Positions 22,340 to 30,914 of a DNA stretch of 64,000 nt are shown here, piece after piece. Source of the stretch: an uncultured Gemmatimonadales bacterium (GTDB taxonomy: Bacteria > Gemmatimonadota > Gemmatimonadetes > Gemmatimonadales > Gemmatimonadaceae). A model generated the notes under the pieces. That model ran no database searches and was not told the origin of the DNA. It saw only the letters and a program-made list of their open reading frames with translations. A program made the position numbers and the translations under genes. Positions within the stretch are counted from its first letter, which is position 1; each line of letters begins with the position of its first letter. The stretch spans positions 1 to 64,000 of the forward strand of contig CAWBZV010000014.1 in assembly GCA_963793305.1 (NCBI GenBank), read 5' to 3'.

Positions 22340-25300
22340 TCAGTAGTTGAGGGTCACTCGCACCGTGTAGTAGCGCACGGGCGGTTGGGTCAGGAAGTCG
22401 GCGCCCTCGAAGCTGTTGACGCCCGATTGATTCTCGAGGACTTCGGGATCGAGGCCGGTGTACTTCGTCCACGTCCGCAGGTTCCGAATCGCGAGCGTGA
22501 GCGTGGCCCCGCGTGCGTAGATCTTCCGCGCGTACTCGGGCGGCAGCAGCAATGACACGGCGGCTTCGCGCCATTTCCAGAACGACGCGTCTTCGATGTA
22601 GCCCGCGACGGTGCCGTAGTAGTGATCGGCGACGGCACGAGCCTGCGTGGCCAGCGGCGCCTTCGTGTAGTCCTCGACGCAGTTGAAGAACTGGCCGCAG
22701 CGGAAGTCGGCGGTGCTGTTATACAGCTTGTTGCCGCCCTGGAAGTCGAACAACGATGAGATCTTCACAATGCGGAAGAGCGTCAGCTCGGGCGAAAGGC
22801 TCGCGTTCTCCGTCGGCAACACGCTGCCGAGGTAGACGCGGTTCGCGCCGACCGTCACGTCGTTCGGCGTGACGATACCATTCTGGCTGGTGTAGGTGTA
22901 GGGCAGCTGCCAGAACCCGCCCAGCGGGAAGCCCTGCGCGAACTCCTGCGTCGCGCCGCCGAGGCCCGAGATGATCGGCGTGTTATTGACGGTCCCAATG
23001 TGCTGCAGGCGGTTCTCGAGCGTCGAGAAGTTCCCCGTCACCGTGAAGTTGGCGTTGCGCATCCGGACGACTTCGGCGGTCGTTTGGAGCTCGAGTCCGC
23101 GGTTCCGGACTTTGCCCAAGTTCGCCCATTGGAAGGACGTGTCGCCGACCAATGGCGCCAGCGTCTGCTGGATCAACGCGTCCGTCGTGTGCTTGTCATA
23201 ATACGTGAGGCCCACGGTGAGCCGGTCCTTCAGCACCGAGAGGTCGAAACCCCCTTCGACTTCGGTGGTGCGCTCGGGCTTCAGGTCTGCGTTACCGGGG
23301 TTACCGGCCGTGAACGCCAACGTCGGGTTGCCGGCCGGCGTGACGCCCGTGACCGGGTTCTTGTACGTGAGCGCGTTGAGGAAGTCTGGATGGAGTCCCG
23401 ACTGGCCAACCGCGGCGCGGAGCTTGAGCGCCGACACGAAGTTCCCTTTCGGGAACCAGGGCTCGTCGCTGATGACGTACGAGGCGTTGGCGGTCGGATA
23501 CGCCGTCGTCCCGGCGGCGATACCCGTCGAGCTGTTCTTGTCCAACCGCACGCCGGCCGAAATGAACAGCTTGTCGCGCCATCCGAACTGTTGCTGGACG
23601 AAGCCGCCGAGCACGCGGTTGTCCTGGTTGATCTCGCTGACGGCGATCAGCTGCGACACGCCCGTGAGCGAGCTCGAGCCAGCGGTCAGTCCCGCGCCCT
23701 GCGAGAAAGTTCCGGTTTCCAACGTCCGCCGCCAGCTGCCGCCGACGGTGGTCGTAGAGCGGATGTCCTGCGGGAGGTTTGCCGTCCCGTTGACGTTCGC
23801 GTTCAACGTGTACGTCTCGTCTTCGAGCCGGTCACGGGTCCGGGTGCCGAGAATCAGGTTGCCGAACGGCACGATGTTCGGCTGCTCACCGTCTTGTTGG
23901 TCCGAGTTCACGATGTCGAAGCCGCCCGTGACGTTGGCCGAGAGCCAGGAGAGCGGGTTGTAGCTCGCCGTCACCGACGGCGTGAAGCGTTGGATGTCCT
24001 CAAAGGTGCGAATGGCGGACATCACGGCCGGGTTCAAGTTGCCGCCGAAGTAGCCGAAATTGTTCGCCGGACCGCTGAGGCCCGAGCCGAGCAGACCCTC
24101 GGAGAGGTTTCCGAGAATGTCGTTGTCGTTCTGGGGCAGCCGCGTGTTGCTCGCGACGTAGCCGGCGCTCATGCTGATCGACAGGTCGCTGCGCGGCCGC
24201 GTCGAGAAGTTGGCACGGGCGTTGGTCTTCTGGAGCTGATTGCCAATGTCTGTCCCGTTCTCGAGCTGATAGTCGCCGCTGATGAAGTACTGATTGACGT
24301 CGGATCCGCCGCTCGTACTGAGGTTGTATTCCTGGCGACGGCCCATCCGGATCGGCGTGAGCTGGCCGCGGAGCGGGCTATAGTGCACGACGCTGTCGAT
24401 CGTGCACCCACCGGTCCCGGCGGAGACTGGTGAAATGAAGATCTGACATCCGTCGAACCCAGCGCTCGAGAACGCGCCGTAGTTGGCCGGATAGTCGTTC
24501 TGGTCGTGGATTTCGCCGTTCTCGACGAATCCATCCCAGTGCTCCCGGCCGGCTGTGCCGCGCTTGGTCGTGATCACGATCACGCCGTTGGCCGCCGCCG
24601 TACCGTAAAGACCCGTCGCGGCCGGACCCTGGAGGGTCTGCACCGACTCGATATCCTCCGGGTTGATGTCGTTGAGGCGCGACGGCTGCTGGCCGCCGAC
24701 GGCGATACCCAGCGGGTTGCCGTTGCCGCTCAACGCGTTCGGGTTGTTGTCGACCTCGACGCCGTCGATCACGAGCAGTGGCTCGTTCGACAGCGAGATC
24801 GAGCTCGCGCCACGAATACGGATGCGGGCGCCCGCGCCGGTCGTGCCGCTGGCTTGCGTCACCTGGACGCCAGGAGCCGACCCCTCGAGCACGCTGGCGA
24901 AGTTCGGTGTCGCGGCCAGCGTCATCGAGTCGACGGCGAGCGTCGGCGTGAACGTAGCCACCTCGCGGGATTCCTTCTGTTGTCCCGTGCCGGTGATCTG
25001 CACCTGCGTGAGGACCCTGGCCGCCGGGGTCAGGGCGAGGTCGGCGGTGACCGTGCCGCCATCCGTCACGGTGACCGTCACCGTGCCAGCGGTGTAGCCG
25101 AGCCGGATCGCGCGCAGCGTCTGGGTGCCGGCGGGAACGTGCCGGAGCCGGTACGTGCCGCTATCACTGGTCGCGACTCTGATGGAGGAGCCATTAACGG
25201 TCACCACCACCTGGCCAATGCCGCCTCCCGTCCCCTTGTCGGTGACGCGACCGGTGACAGTTCCGCCGGTCTCTTGTGAGGCGAGTCGCATGGGTCCGAC

Positions 25301-25354
25301 GGCAGCCGCCAGACCTGCCGTGGACCATCCGATCGCTAACGCAAATCGACGCAT
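22340..25354 (-). CDS. SusC/RagA-like TonB-dependent receptor
   Basis: RIRIRG.SS, EPLLVIDG, DINPEDIES, YGTAAANGVIVITTKRG, LKPERTTE, C-terminal aromatic; GGAGG RBS. Confidence 0.95.
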   Translation of the reverse strand: MRRFALAIGWSTAGLAAAVGPMRLASQETGGTVTGRVTDKGTGGGIGQVVVTVNGSSIRVATSDSGTYRLRHVPAGTQTLRAIRLGYTAGTVTVTVTDGGTVTADLALTPAARVLTQVQITGTGQQKESREVATFTPTLAVDSMTLAATPNFASVLEGSAPGVQVTQASGTTGAGARIRIRGASSISLSNEPLLVIDGVEVDNNPNALSGNGNPLGIAVGGQQPSRLNDINPEDIESVQTLQGPAATGLYGTAAANGVIVITTKRGTAGREHWDGFVENGEIHDQNDYPANYGAFSSAGFDGCQIFISPVSAGTGGCTIDSVVHYSPLRGQLTPIRMGRRQEYNLSTSGGSDVNQYFISGDYQLENGTDIGNQLQKTNARANFSTRPRSDLSISMSAGYVASNTRLPQNDNDILGNLSEGLLGSGLSGPANNFGYFGGNLNPAVMSAIRTFEDIQRFTPSVTASYNPLSWLSANVTGGFDIVNSDQQDGEQPNIVPFGNLILGTRTRDRLEDETYTLNANVNGTANLPQDIRSTTTVGGSWRRTLETGTFSQGAGLTAGSSSLTGVSQLIAVSEINQDNRVLGGFVQQQFGWRDKLFISAGVRLDKNSSTGIAAGTTAYPTANASYVISDEPWFPKGNFVSALKLRAAVGQSGLHPDFLNALTYKNPVTGVTPAGNPTLAFTAGNPGNADLKPERTTEVEGGFDLSVLKDRLTVGLTYYDKHTTDALIQQTLAPLVGDTSFQWANLGKVRNRGLELQTTAEVVRMRNANFTVTGNFSTLENRLQHIGTVNNTPIISGLGGATQEFAQGFPLGGFWQLPYTYTSQNGIVTPNDVTVGANRVYLGSVLPTENASLSPELTLFRIVKISSLFDFQGGNKLYNSTADFRCGQFFNCVEDYTKAPLATQARAVADHYYGTVAGYIEDASFWKWREAAVSLLLPPEYARKIYARGATLTLAIRNLRTWTKYTGLDPEVLENQSGVNSFEGADFLTQPPVRYYTVRVTLNY

Positions 25355-25479
25355 AGTGTCATCCTCCGCCTCCTCAAGTGAGTGTCCTACTAGCCGTCTC
25401 GAACGAGAAAGTCCAAGCGGCTATTGTCACGTCGTTGGCGTTGTTCTGTCAAGCATTGTCGGGTGGCGGGCGCCCGCCA

Positions 25480-25510
25480 ATGGGACGAAAAGCCCCTCCC
25501 ATGGGGCGAA
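25480..25510 (-). promoter_or_regulatory. Direct repeat with 21-bp period upstream of susC, candidate LytTR site
   Basis: + strand ATGGGACGAA (25480) and ATGGGGCGAA (25501); TTGACA on - at 25447-25452. Confidence 0.45.
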
Positions 25511-25859
25511 TCACGAACCGCGTGAGGTGAGAAGCCGGGGGGAGGGGCCTCACAGAATGGATGTCAATGAATCATTCGTCTTTGGTCAAGTTATGGTATA
25601 GTCGGGTCGCAGGCCTTGTAGTTGGGGTTGGGCTCGTGAGCTGGGGTGCCGGAAATTCGAGCGTAGTCGATAGACTGCCGCCGACCGGGTAGACGTTTCG
25701 GTCACGAAGCCGTACGGGGCCGCGTTGTATGGGGAGCAGCGAATCTGTTGCATCTGGGCCTTCCGCGCCGCCCCGCCGCTCAGGTCAGCCAATGCGTCCC
25801 GCGCCGCCCATGTCAGCCCGTTGGCGATTGCTGTGCTGCCGCGGTCGCGATCCACACCG

Positions 25860-26643
25860 CTATGACGAGCGGTCCAAGAACGTCTGGACGGCGGTGCGAT
25901 ACCGTCGGCCGGTGGTGACTTTCGTGCCGTCGGTCAGAATCAGCACATAATCTCCACCAAACCATGGCTGAATTTCGCGAATGCGATCGACGTTGACGAG
26001 CGACGACCGATGCACGCGCAGAAACGCACCGGTGGGAAGACGTTGCTCGAGATTGGTCAGGGTCTCACGGATCACGTACGTCTCCTTGCCGACGTGGAGC
26101 CGCAGGTGATTGTCCATCGCCTCGCACCAATCAATGTCGTCAGTGCGAATGAAGAGCACGCGGCCGTTGCCGCGGACGGTGCGGATCGCGAGGCGGGACT
26201 GTGTGGGGGCAGTGCGAGCGGCCGACGAGAACGTCGGCGACGAGCGCCGTGAGGCGGGCGCGAAGATCCCCGGGCAACGTCGCGCGCTCCTTGGCCCGCC
26301 GCATCGCTTCGGCGAACCGTTCCCGGTCGACTGGCTTGAGCACGTAGTCGACCGCGTGCACCTCGAACGCGCGCACCGCGTGCGCATCGGATGCCGTGAC
26401 GAACACCACCGCCGGCATATGCTCGGCGCCGACCGCGCGCACGACGGCAAACCCGTCCATCTCCGGCATCTGGATGTCGAGGAGTACGACGTCAGGTCCC
26501 TCATGCTGGATGGCCGTGACCGCATCGCGCCCATTGCCGCACTCGGCGACGACCGCGATCGCCGGATCATCGTCCAGGAGCTCGCGCAGGCGCGTGCGCG
26601 CCAGCGGTTCGTCATCGACAATTAACACTCGAAGCGGTGTCAC
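25860..26643 (-). CDS. LytTR response regulator, frameshift near 26200-26240
   Basis: Receiver VDDEPLAR/LDIQMP/DYVLKP in 26140..26643; LytTR FLRVHRS in 25860..26621. Confidence 0.9.
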
Positions 26644-27899
26644 GTTCGGTAGGGAAGCTCGATGTCGACCGTGAAGCCTGCGCCGGGCGCCGTCGAGATC
26701 GTCAAGCGCTGGCGGTCTCCGTACATGTGGCGCAGCCGCGCGCGGGTATTGCCTAAACCTATGCCCTCTTGATACGACCCGTCGAGGCTCGCGCCTATTC
26801 CGTCATCGGCGACCGTGAGGCGCAGGATCGTGCCATCCCGCGACGCTTTCACATCGACCGTCCCGCCGGCCGCTCTCGGTTGTATGCCGTGCCGTATCGC
26901 ATTCTCGACGAGCGGTTGCAGGACGAGATTCGGCACGATCGCCGTCCTGACACTCGGGTCGACATCAATCCTGACGGTCAACCGTTCCTGGAATCGCAGT
27001 CGCTGCATGTCGACATAGTGTCCGAGCAGCTCCAGCTCACGCTCGACGCGGACTTCGTGCTCGGCGCCCGCGTCGAGTGAGAGGCGCAAGAGCTCGCCGA
27101 GCCCATGCACCGCCCGCTCGGCGCCACGCGGATCAATGGGGATCAAAGCCGTGATGGCGTTCAGCGCATTAAAAAGAAAATGCGGTTGCAGTTGCTGCTT
27201 GAGGCTCTCGAACTGCGCCCGTCCCAGCCGGACCGCGAGGCGTTCTTGCTCACGCGCCGCCTGGTCATAGCGCTTGGCCAAACGCTCGTGCCACGTCGTC
27301 GCGAAGCCCGAAGCTGCGCCGGCGACCGCGAGCAGAAGGATCTTGGCGCCTTCGTCCAGTGGAGCGACGGCGCTGCCCGCCGCGGCCGCGAGCGGACTCG
27401 CGGTCATCGGTACGCCACCAGCCGAAAGTAAGAAGATCACGAGGACCGAATATTCGACGACGGTCAGCGCGCTGACGACCCACGCGATGCGAGTTGATGA
27501 GGTGACGGGGCGAGCGGCCAGAATTGCGAAGTAGGCCAGGAAAATCGGGGCCTTGAGGGCGAGCCCGGCGGATTGGGCGAGACCGTAGCCGAGCATGCTG
27601 AGGGTCACCGCCGTGACGTTGACGACCGGGTTGGCGATGCTGAGCCAAGCGGGTAACCGGGGCTGGTGGTACCAGCGCAAGTACTGAAAGAAGGTCCAGG
27701 CCAGGGTAGGAATCAGGACCGACACGTTGACCAAGCGCAGCGCCGGGGTCAGCGTCGGCGAATACGCGACCGCTGAGAACGCAAGGAGGCCCAGGATGAG
27801 CGCCCGGACGGCGTTGAGCTGCCGCTCAGCCCGGTCGCGTAGCTCGACGAGCGGCTCGGAATCGTCCGTCCGGAGCGTTGGGAATCGATCCTGCGTCAC
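26640..27899 (-). CDS. LytS-type sensor histidine kinase
   Basis: QLQPHFLFNALN, LQPLVENAIRHG, GIGLGN; multi-TM N-terminus. Confidence 0.92.
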   Translation of the reverse strand: MTQDRFPTLRTDDSEPLVELRDRAERQLNAVRALILGLLAFSAVAYSPTLTPALRLVNVSVLIPTLAWTFFQYLRWYHQPRLPAWLSIANPVVNVTAVTLSMLGYGLAQSAGLALKAPIFLAYFAILAARPVTSSTRIAWVVSALTVVEYSVLVIFLLSAGGVPMTASPLAAAAGSAVAPLDEGAKILLLAVAGAASGFATTWHERLAKRYDQAAREQERLAVRLGRAQFESLKQQLQPHFLFNALNAITALIPIDPRGAERAVHGLGELLRLSLDAGAEHEVRVERELELLGHYVDMQRLRFQERLTVRIDVDPSVRTAIVPNLVLQPLVENAIRHGIQPRAAGGTVDVKASRDGTILRLTVADDGIGASLDGSYQEGIGLGNTRARLRHMYGDRQRLTISTAPGAGFTVDIELPYRT

Positions 27900-27932
27900 C
27901 TTATCAGCATTCGCATTCAGGAGAAGAGTCTA

Positions 27933-29864
27933 ATGGCCTCGATGACCCAGGGCGACGCGCCGAGCTCTACCGCCCTCGATTTCTTAGCGGACCGGGCGAC
28001 ACAGTTGCGGATCGATTCCGTGCGCGCGACGACCGCGGCCGGCAGTGGCCACCCGACGAGTTGCGCATCGGCGGCCGAAATCATGTCGGTCCTGTTTTTC
28101 TCGGTGATGCGATACGACCCGAGCCATCCGAAGGACCCCGCGAACGATCGGTTCGTCCTCTCCAAGGGTCATGCGGCGCCGATCCTCTATGCCGCGTGGG
28201 CCGAAGCCGGACGCGGCTCCGCCGCTAGTCAAGGTGCTTCGCACTTGACTGGTCGGTTGGAACAGAGCTCGCCTGGCTCGCTCTTGACGCGCGAGCAGCT
28301 CCTGACCCTGAGGAAGCTCGACTCGGATCTCGAAGGGCATCCCACTCCGAGATTGCCGTTCGTCGACGCCGCGACCGGGTCGCTTGGGCAAGGTCTCTCC
28401 GTCGGTCTCGGGCTCGCGCTCGGTTCGCCCGACACGCGGGTGTATGTGCTCATGGGTGATGGGGAGACGGCGGAAGGCTCCGTGTGGGAGGCGGCGGAGC
28501 TCGCTGGGTATTATCGCGTCGGCAATCTCTGCGCAACCGTCGACGTCAATCGCCTCGGGCAGAGTGGGCCGACCATGCTGCAACACCAAATGGAGATCTA
28601 CCAGGCCCGCTTCGAGGCGTTTGGGTGGAATGCGGTCGTCGTGGACGGGCACGATGTCGGCGCGTTGCTCGAAGCGTATGAGAACGCCGCGCATGTCACG
28701 GACCGGCCATCAGTTGTCTTGGCCCGCACGGTGAAAGGGAAGGGCTTTCCCGGCATCGAAGACCAAGAGGGGTGGCATGGGCGAGCACTGGATGCCGCGA
28801 CAGCCGACAAGGTCATCGCGGCATTGGAATCAACGCGTCATGGTATCGCCGAAGCGTGGACGCCACACTTGCCAACGGTCCATGTCGCGGCGGCTTCGCC
28901 GCCCGCGATGAATATGCCACGAGCGCCGTACGCCGTTGGCGTCAAGCGCATCTCAACCCGGCGCGGCTTCGGGGACGCGCTCGCTGCACTGACCAAGATC
29001 GACCAGCGAGTCTTTGTACTCGACGGAGATGTCAGAAACTCGACCTATACCGACGAAGCCGAAGTCGCGGCCGCGGCGCGATTCGTCGAGGGGTACATCG
29101 CCGAGCAGAACATGATCGGCATGTCCATCGGACTCTCGGCACGCGGGCGCATCCCCTTCGCCGCCACATTCTCGTGCTTCTTGTCGCGCGCATACGATTT
29201 CGTGCGAATGGCGTCGATTGGCGGCAATAACATCAAGCTCGCCGGCACGCATTCCGGAGTCTCGATTGGCGAAGATGGTCCGTCGCAAATGGGCCTCGAG
29301 GACTTGGCGCAGATGTGCGCGCAGCCGGACATGACGGTGCTCTACCCGGCCGATGCCACCGCGGCGTGGGAAGCGACGCGACTGGCGGCCGCGAAGAACG
29401 GACCATGTTACATCCGGTTAGGCCGACCGGAGTCGGACGTGATCTATCCACCCGATACCGTGTTCGAGATCGGACGGTGCCACGTGCTACGCGAGAGCGC
29501 GACCGATCGGGCGCTGATCGTGGCCGGCGGGGTCACCGTGTTCGAGGCGCTGGCCGCCTACGAGATTCTGCAGGGAGAAGGCGTCAATGTTCGCGTGATC
29601 GACCTGTTCAGCGTGCAGCCCATCGATGCCGACACGCTGATCACCGCGGCGCGCGGAGCGGGTGGGATCGTCCTGACAGTGGAAGATCACTACGCGCATG
29701 GCGGGCTCGGCGACGCCGTGATTGCGGTGCTCGCGGAAGAGGGCATCAAGTGCAAGAAGCTCGCTATACGGGAGATCGCGCACAGCGGACAATCGGCCGA
29801 GCTGCTCGATCGCTATGGCATCTCGGCTCGGCACATTGTGGGAACTCTCGAAGAGATCCTGTGA
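27933..29864 (+). CDS. tkt: Transketolase, carrying an in-frame insert of about 23 aa
   Basis: SGHPTSC, LSKGHAAP, LEGHP, GSLGQG, GDGETAEG, IAEQNM, GEDGPSQ, VEDH. Confidence 0.95.
   Translation: MASMTQGDAPSSTALDFLADRATQLRIDSVRATTAAGSGHPTSCASAAEIMSVLFFSVMRYDPSHPKDPANDRFVLSKGHAAPILYAAWAEAGRGSAASQGASHLTGRLEQSSPGSLLTREQLLTLRKLDSDLEGHPTPRLPFVDAATGSLGQGLSVGLGLALGSPDTRVYVLMGDGETAEGSVWEAAELAGYYRVGNLCATVDVNRLGQSGPTMLQHQMEIYQARFEAFGWNAVVVDGHDVGALLEAYENAAHVTDRPSVVLARTVKGKGFPGIEDQEGWHGRALDAATADKVIAALESTRHGIAEAWTPHLPTVHVAAASPPAMNMPRAPYAVGVKRISTRRGFGDALAALTKIDQRVFVLDGDVRNSTYTDEAEVAAAARFVEGYIAEQNMIGMSIGLSARGRIPFAATFSCFLSRAYDFVRMASIGGNNIKLAGTHSGVSIGEDGPSQMGLEDLAQMCAQPDMTVLYPADATAAWEATRLAAAKNGPCYIRLGRPESDVIYPPDTVFEIGRCHVLRESATDRALIVAGGVTVFEALAAYEILQGEGVNVRVIDLFSVQPIDADTLITAARGAGGIVLTVEDHYAHGGLGDAVIAVLAEEGIKCKKLAIREIAHSGQSAELLDRYGISARHIVGTLEEIL
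28212..28280 (-). repeat. Palindromic element inside tkt, related in reverse orientation to the intergenic repeat
   Basis: GCGGCTCCGCCGCT..GTCAAG..CTTGACTGGTCGGTT versus the reverse complement of 29995-30052, GCGGCTACGCCGCT..GTCGAG..CTCGACTAGTCGGTT. Confidence 0.65.
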
Positions 29865-29887
29865 GGGATTGAAGCTGTTAGGCAGCG

Positions 29888-30054
29888 GTTGGGGGGTCCG
29901 GGGGGCGTAGTTGGGGTTTGGCTCTTCGGAAAGACGCCTTCGGCGTCATTGGTTGCTCGCCGAGCCGCCTGCGGCGGGTTGCCCCCCGGAGGCGAACCGA
30001 CTAGTCGAGCAGCGTAGTGTGCTGCTCGACGCGCCGGAGCGGCGTAGCCGCTAC
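29888..30054. repeat. Intergenic multi-hairpin repeat, copy 1, with nested ~67-nt insert
   Basis: Near-identical to 49526-49627 outside 29913-29979. Confidence 0.88.
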
Positions 30055-30482
30055 GGCGCGCGGGCGATGGCGAAGAACGCGAGGGCCTTTTCGCGGTCTC
30101 GGATCTTGTCCGGCGGCAGATAGATGTTCGCGTAGGTGATCGTGTAGACGTGACCGCGCCGGAGTACCTTCGTGACAGGCCGGGCGCCTGTCACGACCGC
30201 TTTCTCGCCGAGCGATGGCACCTGCTTGATGCTGTCGCTGACCGCGTCCCAAAAACCGTCATCGTAGTCGCGCGTGGTCTCGACCTTGATCAAGATGGTC
30301 GCGTTCGAGTCGGTCGTCGTGATCAGGCATTCGGGCGACTGGAATTGCGACAGCGCCGTCGTGGTGACGGTGTCATTTGTCGCGCTCAGGACCTCGGCGG
30401 GCGTGAGCAACAAGCACGGGTTCGCCGTGATCATCTGCGCGTGGAGCGCGGCCGGCACGAAAAGCAGGAAAAGCGAGCGCAT
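30051..30482 (-). CDS. Secreted hypothetical protein
   Basis: Signal MRSLFLLFVPAALHA-Q; NPCLLLT..EV motif. Confidence 0.75.
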   Translation of the reverse strand: MRSLFLLFVPAALHAQMITANPCLLLTPAEVLSATNDTVTTTALSQFQSPECLITTTDSNATILIKVETTRDYDDGFWDAVSDSIKQVPSLGEKAVVTGARPVTKVLRRGHVYTITYANIYLPPDKIRDREKALAFFAIARAP

Positions 30483-30501
30483 GCGAAATTATACTCCACT
30501 G
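30483..30501. promoter_or_regulatory. Bidirectional -10 element between two divergent ATGs
   Basis: TATACT (+, 30490-30495) 6 nt before ATG 30502; TATAAT (-, 30493-30488) 5 nt before ATG 30482. Confidence 0.65.
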
Positions 30502-30897
30502 ATGAGCACATGGCGTGCCGGAGCACTCGCGATGGTACTGGTCAGCTGTATACCAGACAGCGGTGTCGGAGGAAGGTGGCAGGGCGCGAGTGAGCCCGGC
30601 CCCGGCATGCCGGTGACCGTCGCGTTCACGTTGCGCGTCAGCGGCGATAGTCTGCGCGGTTGGGGCGTCGCCAGAACCGACGGCCGCTCTTTTCCCATCA
30701 CGGCTCGCGGCGCGACCTCGCACGGAGCGGTGACCTTGCGATTAGCGCCGTGGCGCTATGGCGTCGTCGACATCGAGTCCGCGCAGCTGTCGGGCTCACT
30801 TGGCATGCACGGAGAGATCGTTGCAACGGTTCGCACCGATGCCGGGATAGGAGAAGGGCCGGTCACGAAGCTCACGCTCACGCGACCGACCCATTAA
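30502..30897 (+). CDS. Putative lipoprotein
   Basis: MSTWRAGALAMVLVSC lipobox; G.W.G beta motif. Confidence 0.65.
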   Translation: MSTWRAGALAMVLVSCIPDSGVGGRWQGASEPGPGMPVTVAFTLRVSGDSLRGWGVARTDGRSFPITARGATSHGAVTLRLAPWRYGVVDIESAQLSGSLGMHGEIVATVRTDAGIGEGPVTKLTLTRPTH

Positions 30898-30914
30898 AGA
30901 ATCGTTTCTTCGTC

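Noticed and set aside
17073..24433. Long antisense ORFs such as 17073..18737 and 23000..24433
   Set aside because: Shadow frames of GC-rich genes, with no family motifs.
7461..26643. Programmed frameshifting in both LytTR genes
   Set aside because: The shifts are at different positions with no slippery motif, and unrelated genes in the window show similar indels.
29888..30054. CRISPR array or tRNA
   Set aside because: No repeat-spacer periodicity, no cas genes and no cloverleaf or T-loop.
29911..30123. 70-aa ORF over the repeat
   Set aside because: It is a translation of the palindromic element; the same peptide pattern (PPEANR.VEQRSVL) appears at copy 2.
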